Program-made: the position numbers and the translations under genes
Origin: an uncultured Microthrixaceae bacterium
GTDB lineage: Bacteria > Actinomycetota > Acidimicrobiia > Acidimicrobiales > VFJN01
Length of the DNA stretch: 64,000 nt
Direction of reading: 5' to 3'
Assembly (NCBI GenBank): GCA_963717755.1
Contig: CAVQWY010000002.1
Coordinates: 826,013-890,012, forward strand
Notes under the pieces: generated by a model
Told to the model about the DNA's origin: nothing
The model's input: only the letters and a program-made list of their open reading frames with translations
Databases searched by the model: none
Part shown: piece by piece, positions 9,445 to 22,423 of the stretch
How the letters are laid out: each line of letters starts with the position of its first letter
Position numbering within the stretch: the stretch's first letter is position 1

Positions 9445-10019
9445 CTCGCTGACCGGCGGGCGTGCTCGTCGAGGATCAGCCGGGCGGCCTCCTCCGCCGG
9501 GCGCGTGGTGGTGTCGAGCTCGTATGGATCGTGCGCCGACAGGTCGACCAGGGCGGCGCGCTCCATGAACGAGCGCACGGCGTCGGGATCGATCCACTTG
9601 TGGCGCTCACGCCGTTCCGGGCTCGGCACACGAGCGATCACCTCGTCGACTTCGCAGGTGAGCAGGACCGGCAGGTAGATCGAGCCCCTCGCGGCGGCGA
9701 CGTCGGCGAGGCGCCCAGGCGCGGCCTCGTCTTCAACGTCGCCAGCGACGAGCACGTTGGTGAAGACGAACGACCAGCTCGGCGGGCTGAGCTCGGCGAT
9801 GGCGTCGTACATCACCTCGCGGACCTGTCGCACGCGGTCCCACGTCCCGTCGGGTACGCCGTCGACGACGGAGAGGATGACGTTGCCGGTGAGGTGGTTG
9901 TCCGTGACGACGAACCGCTCGCCGCGAGCGTCGGCGGCGTGCGCGAGCGCCTTGGCGACGGTGTACTTCCCGGCCGCGGGGAACCCGATGAGGTGGACGA
10001 TCGCCGGCGTGGGCGACAT
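9441..10019 (-). CDS. P-loop small-molecule kinase-like (AAA_33/shikimate kinase-like) protein
   Basis: N-terminal Walker A-like GFPAAGKYT, R-x-x-S-P-E-R lid, C-terminal LDTT. Confidence 0.65.
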   Translation of the reverse strand: MSPTPAIVHLIGFPAAGKYTVAKALAHAADARGERFVVTDNHLTGNVILSVVDGVPDGTWDRVRQVREVMYDAIAELSPPSWSFVFTNVLVAGDVEDEAAPGRLADVAAARGSIYLPVLLTCEVDEVIARVPSPERRERHKWIDPDAVRSFMERAALVDLSAHDPYELDTTTRPAEEAARLILDEHARRSAS

Positions 10020-10024
10020 CCCGC

Positions 10025-12929
<2,905 letters not shown>

Positions 12930-13014
12930 GGGGCGAACGGTAGCGGTCACCCTCCGCTCCGCTGGAACCCTTACCGCCTGTAACGACGGGGGGCGTGGCG
13001 CGGTCGGAGCCGAC

Positions 13015-14667
13015 GTGCTGACCATGACCCAACGGATCGAGGCCGGGGCCGACCGAGGTCACGACCTCACCTTCGTCGTCGGCGGTGACCACGTCCGCGT
13101 CCCGTACCGCCAGCTCTACGACGAGGCCCTCGGCTACGCCGCCAACCTCCAGGCCCTCGGCGTAGGCCCCGGCAGCCACGTGGCGCTCCTCGGTCCCACC
13201 TCCCGGCCACTCGTCACCGCCATCGAGGCGATCTGGCTCTCCGGCGCCACCGTGGTCGTGCTCCCGCTCCCGATGCGCCTCTCGTCCATCGAGGAGTTCG
13301 TCGCCCAGACCCGGGTCCGGATCACCAACGCTGATGTGTCGTTGGTGCTCGTCGACCCTGAGCTGGCGCCCTTCATCGAGCCGATCCCCGGCGACCCGCC
13401 CATGGTCGGATGGGACGCCCTGCAGCCCGGCCCCGGCCGGGCCACGGCCGCCTCCTTCGAGCGCCCGGCGGACGACCTCGACCGGTTGGCGATCCTGCAG
13501 TTCACCAGCGGCTCGACGTCCGACCCCAAGGGCGTGATGCTCCCGCACCGCACGGTGGGCGCGAACCTCGATGCCATCGTCGACTCGACGTCGATGCACC
13601 CCGATCAGGACGTGCTCGTGTCGTGGCTGCCGCTGTACCACGACATGGGCCTGGTCGGGCTGTTCAGCCTGCCGATCTCCACCGGCACGCCGCTCGTGCT
13701 CGGTGCCCCCACCGACTTCATGGGTGGACCGGGCCGCTGGATGGAGTGGATCTCGACCTACGGCGGCACCGCCACCGCCGGCCCCAACTTCTCCTACGTG
13801 CTCGCCACCCGGGCGCTGCGCAAGGGCCCGGTCCTCGACCTGTCCCGCCTCCGGATCGCGCTCAACGGCGCCGAGCCGGTCGACCCGCAGACGGTCGCGG
13901 GCTTCGTGGAGGCGGGTGAGCGTCACGGGCTCCGGCCCGGGGCGGTGTTCCCCGCCTTCGGCATGGCCGAGGTGGCCATCGCCGGGACGTTCCCGGAGCC
14001 GATGTCCGGCCTCCGCACGGACGCCGTCGACCTGCGGGTGCTGGAAGGCGAGCGGTACGCCGCCCCGGTCGAGCCGGACCACCAGGGCGCGCGGCAGTTC
14101 GCGATCCTCGGCCGCCCGGTGGAGGGACTCGAGATCCGCGTCGTGGATCCGATCACCGGGGACGAGCTGAAGGAGCGCGAGGTGGGCGAGCTGGAGATCC
14201 GCGGCACGTCCGTCACGCCCGGCTACTACAAGCGCCCCGACGCCAACATCGAGCTCTTCCACGACGGCTGGCTGCGCACCGGCGACCTCGCCTACCTGCT
14301 CGACGGCGAGATGGTCATGTGCGGTCGCATCAAGGACATGATCATCGTGGGCGGGCGCAACGTGTACCCCGAGGACGTCGAGCGAGCCCTCGCCGGCATC
14401 GACGGCGTGCGCGCCGGCAACATCATCGCCTTCGGCGTCGATGGGGCGCAGGGCAAGGAGGGCCTGATCGTCGTGGCCGAGAGCAAGTCCGACGATCACG
14501 CCGAGGTGCGACGCTCGGTCGCCGAGCGCGTCCGCACGGCCATCGGCCTGCCCGCCAAGGAGATCGTCCTCGTCGAGCCCGGCAGCCTCCCCAAGACGAG
14601 CTCCGGCAAGCTCCAGCGCTCCCTCTGCAAGATCCGCTACCTCGGCAAGGAGCTCCAAGCGGTCTAG
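13015..14667 (+). CDS. Fatty acyl-AMP ligase (FAAL) family adenylating enzyme
   Basis: LQFTSGSTSDPKGV, VSWLPLYHDMGL, NGAEP, LRTGDL, LPKTSSGKLQR; RBS GGAG before GTG 13015. Confidence 0.85.
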   Translation: MLTMTQRIEAGADRGHDLTFVVGGDHVRVPYRQLYDEALGYAANLQALGVGPGSHVALLGPTSRPLVTAIEAIWLSGATVVVLPLPMRLSSIEEFVAQTRVRITNADVSLVLVDPELAPFIEPIPGDPPMVGWDALQPGPGRATAASFERPADDLDRLAILQFTSGSTSDPKGVMLPHRTVGANLDAIVDSTSMHPDQDVLVSWLPLYHDMGLVGLFSLPISTGTPLVLGAPTDFMGGPGRWMEWISTYGGTATAGPNFSYVLATRALRKGPVLDLSRLRIALNGAEPVDPQTVAGFVEAGERHGLRPGAVFPAFGMAEVAIAGTFPEPMSGLRTDAVDLRVLEGERYAAPVEPDHQGARQFAILGRPVEGLEIRVVDPITGDELKEREVGELEIRGTSVTPGYYKRPDANIELFHDGWLRTGDLAYLLDGEMVMCGRIKDMIIVGGRNVYPEDVERALAGIDGVRAGNIIAFGVDGAQGKEGLIVVAESKSDDHAEVRRSVAERVRTAIGLPAKEIVLVEPGSLPKTSSGKLQRSLCKIRYLGKELQAV

Positions 14668-14844
14668 GTCCCTCCGGGACCGCAAGGTCCGGCCACCTTG
14701 GTCAGTGGTCGGTGTCAGCACACGGTGTCCGGCCCCCTAGGACCTCCCGGGGGGCCGGCCCGCGATGTCATGCCGCTCCGGGCGTCGCTTCGCTCCTGCC
14801 TCCGCCGCCGTCTCGCGTGAGCGGCGCGCCTGGGCCTGGCGTCT

Positions 14845-15856
14845 CTAGACCGCGTGGAGCTGCTCCATGACCGCGCGCCAGCGGTCGGGGTCGCTGGCGT
14901 AGGGGGCGTAGAAGCTGATGCGCTGGACGGCGTCTCCGTAGCGCTCCTCGAGGCCGCCGGCGATCTTCTCGGGCTCGGCGACCACCGCGAAGGTGTGGAG
15001 GATCTCATCGGTGATGAGGTCGCCCATCTCCTTCCACTTGCCTTCCTTCGACATCTTGTTCAGGTCGTCCTGGAGACCGCCCCAGCCGTGCAGCTCGAGC
15101 ACGCCGCGGTAGGCCGGCGTCGACCCGTAGAACGCGATCTGCTGCTTCGTGCCGGCGATCGACCTCTCCATCTCCTCGTCGCTGGTGCCGGTGACGACGA
15201 ACGCCGGGCCGGAGATCTCGATGTCCGCAAGCGAGCGGCCCGCCTTGGCGGCGCCGCGCTCGAGGGCGGGGAGCGTGACCTCGCGCAGGTAGCGCTCGGT
15301 GGTGAAGCCGTGGCACAGGAACCCGTCGCACACCTCACCGGCGACCTCGGTCATCTTCTCGCCGACCCCGGCCAGCGCGATCCGTGCGTTGCCATGCGGG
15401 TTCGGGCCCGGGTTGAAGAACGGGGTCATGAGCGTGTGGGTGTAGAAGTCGCCCTGGAAGTCGAGCTTGGTGCCGTCGTTCCACGACGCCCAGATCGCCC
15501 GGATGGCCAGGATCATCTCCCGCATGCGGGCGGCCGGCGACGACCACGGCATCGAGAACCGCTTCGTGATGTGCGGCTTGATCTGGCTCCCCAGCCCGAG
15601 GATGAAGCGGCCGCCCGACGCGGCCTGCAGGTCCCACGCGATCTGGGCCAGGGTCATCGGGTTGCGCGCGAACGCCACCGCGATGCCGGTGCCGAGGTCC
15701 ACCCGCTCCGTCTCCTGGGACGCGAGGAGCAAGCGGGAAGAACGGGTCGTGGGCCGTCTCCGCCGTCCACAACCCGTCGTAGCCCTGCTCCTCCTGGACC
15801 TTGGCTGACGCCGTGGCCCCTCGCAGATCCGCTCCGATGCCTCCGTCGACCTTCAT
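14845..15856 (-). CDS. LLM-class probable F420-dependent oxidoreductase (TIGR03617-like); frameshift near 15733
   Basis: AETAHDPF, GIAVAFARNPM, GRFILGLGSQIKPHITKRFSMPWS, IAFYGSTPAY. Confidence 0.85.
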
Positions 15857-15896
15857 GCCGACGACCCTAGACCGAGACTTGACCGCGTGGTCTAGT

Positions 15897-16748
15897 TCAG
15901 CCTTGCTCGCGGAGGAACCGCTCGAGCTCGGCGGCCAGCTCGTCGCCGCTCGTGGCCGACAGCTCGCTGCTCGTGGCCTGGTGCTCGGCCTGGGCCTCGA
16001 GCTGCTCGAGCATGGCGGCGTGCTCCGGGTTCTGCGAGATCAGGTCGTTGATCCGCCGCCGGCTGGCGTCGGCCCGCTCGGCGAGGTCGCCGATCGGCAG
16101 GTCGAGCCCGGCGATGCGGTTGGCGCCCTGGAGGAGGGCCAGCGACGCGGCCGGGTAGGGCATGGCGGCGACGTAGTGCGGCACCTGGGCCCACAGCCCG
16201 AGGGCCGGCAGCCCGCGCAGCGCGGCCCGGCGCTCGATCATCCCCTGCACCCCGGAGGGGACGTCGACGGAGTTCTGCAGCAGGCCTTGGGCGAGGTCGG
16301 CGCTGGACGCGGACGCGGCCAGCAGCGGAGGACGCGTGTGGGGCACCGGGGTGGGGTAGGCGCCGAGGCCGAGCACCAGCCGGGCTCCGAGGTCGATGGC
16401 GAGGTCGACGACCTGCTCGGAGAACCCCAGCCACGCGTGGTCGGGCTCGTTGCCGAGGAGCAGCAGCAGGTCGTTGCCGCTGTCGTCCTTGGTCCACGAG
16501 AGCTCGGTCTCCTCCCACGTGAGCTGGCTGTTGATGCCGTCGACGAGGCGCATCGTGGGACGGCGGGCGCGCCAGTCGAGCAGCGCGTCGGCGTCGAAGC
16601 GGGCGACGGTGTGCCGCTCGAGCTTGTCGATCAGCACGTCGGCGGCGCCGTCGGCGCCGAGACCCGCATCGATCCATCCCTTGAGCACCATGATCAGCAC
16701 AGGCGTCTCGAGGTCAGGGTGATCGACCATCGAGTAGAGCGAGGTCAT
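15897..16748 (-). CDS. PAC2 family (proteasome assembly chaperone-like) protein
   Basis: GWIDAG, RARRP, PVPHTRP, WAQVPHY, ELERFLREQ. Confidence 0.88.
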   Translation of the reverse strand: MTSLYSMVDHPDLETPVLIMVLKGWIDAGLGADGAADVLIDKLERHTVARFDADALLDWRARRPTMRLVDGINSQLTWEETELSWTKDDSGNDLLLLLGNEPDHAWLGFSEQVVDLAIDLGARLVLGLGAYPTPVPHTRPPLLAASASSADLAQGLLQNSVDVPSGVQGMIERRAALRGLPALGLWAQVPHYVAAMPYPAASLALLQGANRIAGLDLPIGDLAERADASRRRINDLISQNPEHAAMLEQLEAQAEHQATSSELSATSGDELAAELERFLREQG

Positions 16749-16761
16749 CGGAGGGCGCGCC

Positions 16762-17796
16762 TCATCCCAGCCGCCCCATCGCCTCAGCCGCCGCCTCCGC
16801 GCACCGCTGCACCTGGACCTTGAACCCCTCGAACGCCGACGGGTCGTTGCTGCCCATGGCGCCGCCGAGGTAGCGGGCGTACACGCCCTCGACGATGCAG
16901 GCCAGCTTCCAGTACCCGAAGGCGGTGTAGTAGTCGATCTGCGACAGGTCGCGGTCGCTGCCCTCGGCGTAGCGGTCGAGCACCTCCTTGCGAGAGAGGA
17001 AGCCCTCCTGCGCGGTGGGCGCGGTGAGGAGCATCGGCGCGGAGTCGTCGGCCTCGGTCCAATAGACCATCAGCAGCCCGACGTCGGCGAGCGGGTCGCC
17101 CAGGGTGCAGATCTCCCAGTCGAGCACGGCGATGACGTTGCCGTCGTCGTCGGTCATGCAGTTGTCGAGCCGGTAGTCGCCGTGGACGATGGCGGCGGGG
17201 CCTTGGTGGGGGACCTTGGCCAGCAGCTCGTCGTGGATCTGGTCGACCAGCGGCAGCTCGCGCGTCTTGGACTTCTCCCACTGGCCGTACCAGCGCTTGA
17301 GCTGGCGGGGGATGTAGTCCTCCTTCTTGCCGAGGTCGCCGAGGCCGACCGCGTCGGGGTCGACGGCGTGGATCTTGGCGAGCGTGTCGGCGATGGAGTG
17401 GCTGGCGTTGCGGCGCGCGTCGCTGTCGATCTCGCGGGCGGCGGCGCCGTCGCGCAGCACCCGACCGTCGACGAAGTCCATGACGTAGAACGGCGCGCCG
17501 TTCACGGCGTCGTCGGTGCACAGGCCGAGGGCCGGCGCGACCGGAACGTCGGTGGGCCCGAGCGCCGAGATGATCTTGTGCTCGCGGCTCATGTCGTGCG
17601 CGGTGGCCAGAACGTGGCCCAGCGGCGGCCGGCGCAGCACGAAGTGGTGGCCCGCCGCATCCGTGACGCCGTACGTGAGGTTGGAGTGCCCACCGGCGAT
17701 GAGGTCGAACGTGAGAGGGCCCTGGGCGCCCGGCACGTTGGCCTCGAACCACGCCGTCACCGGTTCGACGTCGACGCCCTTGATGCTGTCGGTCAC
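16762..17796 (-). CDS. Phosphotransferase family protein (APH/ACAD10-11 N-terminal type)
   Basis: GGHSNLTY, VLRRPP, AHDMSRE, HGDYRLDN, LDWEICTLGDPLAD. Confidence 0.88.
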   Translation of the reverse strand: MTDSIKGVDVEPVTAWFEANVPGAQGPLTFDLIAGGHSNLTYGVTDAAGHHFVLRRPPLGHVLATAHDMSREHKIISALGPTDVPVAPALGLCTDDAVNGAPFYVMDFVDGRVLRDGAAAREIDSDARRNASHSIADTLAKIHAVDPDAVGLGDLGKKEDYIPRQLKRWYGQWEKSKTRELPLVDQIHDELLAKVPHQGPAAIVHGDYRLDNCMTDDDGNVIAVLDWEICTLGDPLADVGLLMVYWTEADDSAPMLLTAPTAQEGFLSRKEVLDRYAEGSDRDLSQIDYYTAFGYWKLACIVEGVYARYLGGAMGSNDPSAFEGFKVQVQRCAEAAAEAMGRLG

Positions 17797-17866
17797 TGCC
17801 TAGCCCTCCCGGCGGACGCCTCTGGCCCAGGTGGGCGAGGGTACTGCCGCCGGTAGATTGCCACCC

Positions 17867-18579
17867 ATGTCGATCGACGTCACCGACGCCACCTTCCCCA
17901 CCGAGGTGGTCGAGCGGTCCAAGCAGGTACCGGTGGTCGTCGACCTCTGGGCCGAGTGGTGCGGCCCGTGCAAGTCCCTGGGCCCGATCCTCGAGAAGGT
18001 GATCGACGAGACCGAGGGCAAGGTCGTCTGGCCAAGGTGGACGTCGACACCAACCGCCAGGTGGCGTCCGCGTTCCAGGCCCAGTCCATCCCGGCGGTGT
18101 ACGCCCTCAAGGACGGCAAGGTCGTCGACGGCTTCGTCGGTGCCCAGCCCGAGGCGAACGTCCGGGCGTTCGTGCAGGGCCTGCTCCCCACCGAGGAGGA
18201 GGACGCCCTCGCCGCGCTGCTGGCCGCCGGCGACGAGGCCTCGCTCCGCAAGGTGCTCGACGTGGAGCCTGGGAACGAGCAGGCGGTGGTGGCGCTCGCC
18301 GAGCTCCTCGTCGCCAAGGGCGAGGACGACAGCAAGGCGGAGGCGCTGGCCCTCCTCGAGCGCATCCCTGAGTCAGCGGACACCCGCCGAGTGGCGGCGC
18401 TGGCCCGCATCGGCCCCGACACCCACGACGACGTCTCCGACGAGCTCGACACGCTCCTCGATCGCGTCAAGGACGATGACGAGGCGCGCCAGCGGTTCAT
18501 CGACCTCCTCGAGGTGATGGGCCCGGACGACCCGCGCACCGCGGGCTATCGCAAGCAGCTCACCGCCCGCTTGTTCTGA
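17867..18579 (+). CDS. Thioredoxin-TPR chaperedoxin (YbbN/CnoX-like); frameshift near 18028
   Basis: [14 protein letters not shown], then QSIPAV...GFVGAQPE and helical C-terminus [10 protein letters not shown]. Confidence 0.85.
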
Positions 18580-18593
18580 AGCTGAGGTCGCCC

Positions 18594-18896
18594 GTGCGCA
18601 TCGAACGACGCGACGGTGCGGTGGTGGTGCTGTCGAGGTGGGCGGCTCCCGGCGCCGCCGCGACCACGCTCGGTCGGTTCATCTTCATGCGTGAGTCCGT
18701 CGCGGGCTCGGAGCGGCTGCTCCGGCACGAGCTGGTGCACGTGCGCCAGTGGCGGCGCCTCGGGGTCGCCGGCTTCGGCGTCCGCTACCTCGGCTCGTAC
18801 GCGAGGTGGCGCCTCCGTCGCTACGGGCACTGGGCGGCGTACCGCCGCATCCCGCTCGAGATCGAGGCGGACTGGGAGGCCAGGACGCCGGAGTAG
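18594..18896 (+). CDS. Small HExxH protein (DUF4157-like metallopeptidase motif)
   Basis: ATTLGRFIF...LLRHELVHVRQW...PLEIEA. Confidence 0.65.
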   Translation: MRIERRDGAVVVLSRWAAPGAAATTLGRFIFMRESVAGSERLLRHELVHVRQWRRLGVAGFGVRYLGSYARWRLRRYGHWAAYRRIPLEIEADWEARTPE

Positions 18897-18979
18897 GCCG
18901 TTTCGCCGCGGGGCGCGGTCACTACGATCGGCCTGGTCCTTCCCCCGTGTGGCTGCCTCGTCGCGCCCCGGGAGGGACC

Positions 18980-19693
18980 GTGCCCGACACCTCCGCTCCG
19001 CCGTCCGACGACGGCGATGGGCTCCTTCGCCGACCGCCGCCCCCGCGCACGTGGCGGGAGCGTCTCGAAGCACTCGCGGACGCCACCGGCTCGTCGCCCG
19101 CGCGGATCGTCGCCGGAGGCGCGGTGGTGGCGATCGCGGTGCTGGCCGCCCTCTGGCTCCTGCGGCCACCGCCGGACCCGCCTGAAGCGTCCCTGCCGTT
19201 CGCGAGCACGACGGTCCCGGCGGCGACCTCGAGCTCCTCCACGGCGCCGCTGGTGCTCGTCGTGCACGTTGCCGGCGCGGTGGCCAGGCCCGGCCTGCAC
19301 GAGCTGCCCGTCGGCGCGCGGGTGGCTGATGCCATCGACGCGGCGGGCGGCTTGACATCGGAGGCCGACGCCACCCGCATCAACCTGGCCGCGCCGGTGA
19401 CGGACGGGGCGCGCGTCTACGTCCTGGCGGTGGGCGAGCAGGAGCCATCGGTGGCGGTCGGGGGCACGGGGTCGTCGGGTGACGTCGGAGCTCCGGGGTC
19501 GGGCCTGGTCAACCTCAACACCGCCGACGCCACCGCCCTCGACGCGCTCCCGGGGGTCGGACCGGCCACCGCGGCCGCCATCATCGAGCACCGAGGCACG
19601 GCCGGCGGGTTCACGTCCGTCGACCAGCTGCTGGACGTCCCCGGCATCGGCGAGGCCAAGCTCGAGGCGCTGCGCGACCTCGTCACCGTGTGA
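18980..19693 (+). CDS. comEA: Competence DNA receptor ComEA
   Basis: TM anchor, SLBB VHVAGAVARPG, HhH VNLNTA...LPGVGPATA...GIGEAKL; RBS GGAGG. Confidence 0.92.
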   Translation: MPDTSAPPSDDGDGLLRRPPPPRTWRERLEALADATGSSPARIVAGGAVVAIAVLAALWLLRPPPDPPEASLPFASTTVPAATSSSSTAPLVLVVHVAGAVARPGLHELPVGARVADAIDAAGGLTSEADATRINLAAPVTDGARVYVLAVGEQEPSVAVGGTGSSGDVGAPGSGLVNLNTADATALDALPGVGPATAAAIIEHRGTAGGFTSVDQLLDVPGIGEAKLEALRDLVTV

Positions 19694-21492
19694 TGAGCGA
19701 TCGAGCGGCCGTCGGTCTCGCCATCAGCGCGGTGGCAGGAGCCCTGCACCCGTGGCGCCCCGCCTTGCTGCTGGGCGCGCTGGTCCTCACCGCCGCCGTG
19801 CTGTCCCGGCCGCGCCGGCTGGTGCTGCTGGCCGCCGCGGTGGGGCTCGTCGCCAGCGGCCTGGCTCAGCGCGCGCTCGACGGCCTCGACGGGACCGAGG
19901 CGCGGTCGGTGGAGGGAGAGGTCACCCTGCTCAGCGACCCCACCCCGTCCTTCGGTGGGTTGCGCGTCGACGTGCGGTTGGGCGGGCGCCGGCTCGAGGC
20001 GCGGGCGGACGGCTCCGCCGTCCGCGACCTGGAGGACCGCCTGGCGGGGGAGGTGCTGCGCATCCACGGCACCGTGGCGCCGCTGGAGGGCGACCAGCCG
20101 TGGATGATCGCCCGCCACCTGAGCGGCCGCCTGCGAGTGCTCCGGGTCGACAGCTGGCGGGCCGGCGATCCCACCGCCCGCGTGGCCAACGGCTTGCGTC
20201 GCACGCTCGTGGCCGGCGCCTCACCGCTCAGCGACCGGCAGCGATCGCTGTTCACAGGCCTCGTCATCGGTGATGACCGACGGCAACCGGTCGACCTGGC
20301 CGACGCCTTCCTCGGCGCGGGGCTCACCCACCTGCTGGCGGTGTCCGGTCAGAACGTCGCCTTCGCCCTCGCGATGGTCGGGCCGGTCCTGCGCCGCCTC
20401 GGGCTCTGGCCTCGCTTGCTCGTCACGCTCGGGGTGATCGGGCTCTTCGGGGTGATGACCCGCTTCGAGCCGTCTGTGCTGCGCGCGTCGGCGATGGCGG
20501 CGCTGGCCACGGCCCTCGCCATCGGCGGGCGCCCGACGTCGCGGGTGCGGGTGATCGCGCTCGCCGTCGCGGGGCTTCTGCTCGTCGACCCCCTGCTCGT
20601 CCGGGCCGTCGGGTTCCAGCTGTCCGTGTCGGCCGCGCTTGCCATCGTCGTCGTGGTGCCTCGCATCGCGCCGGTCCTGCCCGGCCCCTCGGCGCTGCGG
20701 GAGGCCCTGGCGGTCACGCTCGCCGCGCAGATGGGGGTGGCTCCGGTGCTGCTCGCCACCTTCGGTCCCATCCCGGTGGCGTCGATCCCGGCCAACCTCG
20801 TCGCGGTCCCGGTGGCCGGCTTCGTGATGGTCTGGGGCCTCACCGGCGGACTGGCGGCGGGCCTGGTCGGGCAGCCCGTGGCGTCGGTGCTGCACGGACC
20901 CACCCGGGCGGCGCTGGGGTGGCTGGAGCTGGTGGCCGACCAGGCGGCCGGTGCGTCGCTGGGCGAGCTGCGATCCGCGCACGTGATGGGGCTCGCGCTC
21001 GGGCTCGGCGTCGCGGTGCTGGCGCGGCAGGGGTCCCACCTCCGCCCGATCGCCCTCTCGCTCGCCGCGGGGATCGTGCTCTCGGCCGTCGTCGTGGCGC
21101 ACGCGCCGCCCCCGCTGCGGACGTCGCCGCTCACCGGCGTCGTCCGGTGGCACGCAGGGGCCACCGACGTCGTGGTCCTCGGCGGCGCGGGTGGTCGCAC
21201 CAGCTTGGCGGCACCGGTGCTCCTCGAAGCGCTGCGGCGCGCGGAGGTGGGTGACATCGACCTGCTGGTCGTCGCCGACCCTTCAGTGCCCGAGCCGGTG
21301 GTGGACGTGGTGACGCGGGTCCATCCCACCGCCGTGGTGCTCGCCCAGGGTGCCGTGCTGCTCGACGCGCCGCCTGGCGCGGTGGTCCGTCCGCCGGCGG
21401 ACGGCACGACCTTCGAGCTCGGTGCGCTCCTCGTCCGGCTCGTCGTGGTGCCTGACCGACTGGTCGTCGACGCCGTGCCTCGGCCGGGCTGA
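19693..21492 (+). CDS. comEC: ComEC/Rec2 DNA uptake channel
   Basis: GLTHLLAVSGQN, EPSVLRA, GFQLSV, multiple TMs; TGATG coupling to comEA. Confidence 0.9.
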   Translation: MSDRAAVGLAISAVAGALHPWRPALLLGALVLTAAVLSRPRRLVLLAAAVGLVASGLAQRALDGLDGTEARSVEGEVTLLSDPTPSFGGLRVDVRLGGRRLEARADGSAVRDLEDRLAGEVLRIHGTVAPLEGDQPWMIARHLSGRLRVLRVDSWRAGDPTARVANGLRRTLVAGASPLSDRQRSLFTGLVIGDDRRQPVDLADAFLGAGLTHLLAVSGQNVAFALAMVGPVLRRLGLWPRLLVTLGVIGLFGVMTRFEPSVLRASAMAALATALAIGGRPTSRVRVIALAVAGLLLVDPLLVRAVGFQLSVSAALAIVVVVPRIAPVLPGPSALREALAVTLAAQMGVAPVLLATFGPIPVASIPANLVAVPVAGFVMVWGLTGGLAAGLVGQPVASVLHGPTRAALGWLELVADQAAGASLGELRSAHVMGLALGLGVAVLARQGSHLRPIALSLAAGIVLSAVVVAHAPPPLRTSPLTGVVRWHAGATDVVVLGGAGGRTSLAAPVLLEALRRAEVGDIDLLVVADPSVPEPVVDVVTRVHPTAVVLAQGAVLLDAPPGAVVRPPADGTTFELGALLVRLVVVPDRLVVDAVPRPG

Positions 21493-21533
21493 CCCAGCCG
21501 GGTCGTGGGCTCGCCGCGGTAGGTTCGACCTCC

Positions 21534-22423
21534 GTGGACACGGCGCCCTGGTCGGTGGTGTGGGAGGTGCCCTGTCCGGAGGTGGCCCTCGGGCCCCATC
21601 GCTTCGACGTCCGGCATCGGGCCCTCGTGATGGGCATCCTCAACCGCACGCCGGACTCCTTCTTCGACCAAGGCCGCTACTTCGACTTCGACGGCTTCCT
21701 CGTCAAGGCCGAGCAGCTGGTGGCGGACGGCGCCGACTTCCTAGATGTGGGCGGGGTCAAGGCCGGCCCCGGCCCGGAGGTCACCGCCGAGGAGGAGCTC
21801 GAGCGGGTGATCCCCGCCATCGAGGCCCTTCGCACCCGGTTCGACCTGCCGATCTCCGTCGACACGTGGCGAGCATCGGTGCTGCGTGCTTCGCTGGCCG
21901 CAGGCGCGGTCGTCGGCAACGACATCAGCGGCTTCGCCGACCCGGACTACCTGCCGATCGCGGCGGCGGCCGGCGCGTCCGTCGTCGCCACCCACATCCG
22001 CATCGGGCCCCGCGTCCCCGACCCCGAGCCCGTGTACGACGAGCCGGTCGTGGACGCCGTCTGCCGCTTCCTCCGCGCGCGGGGGAGGCGGCCGAGGCGG
22101 CCGGGATCCCGCGGGAGCGCGTGATGGTGGACGCCGGTCTCGACCTCGGCAAGACCGAGCCGCAGTCGCTGGAGCTGCTCCGTGCCCACGACCGCCTCGC
22201 CGCGCTCGGGTGGCCACTGTTCCTGTCCGCGTCGAACAAGCGGTTCCTCGGCGACCTGGTGGGCACTTCCGTCGACGACCGACGAGAGGCGTCCCATGCC
22301 GCCCACGCGCTCGGGATCGCGCTCGGGAGCCGGGTGCTGCGCGCCCACGACGTCCGGGGTGCCCGCCGCACCGCCGACGTCATGGCCGCCATCCTCGCCG
22401 CCCGCTCGGAAGCTGTCGGATGA
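21534..22423 (+). CDS. Dihydropteroate synthase family protein, FolP2-like; frameshift in G run near 22082
   Basis: MGILNRTPDSF, DVGGVKAGPG, ISVDTWR, SASNKRF, LRAHDV. Confidence 0.85.

Noticed and set aside
12930-13014. T-box or other riboswitch upstream of leuS
   Set aside because: Only 85 bp shared with a divergent gene, and leuS looks leaderless
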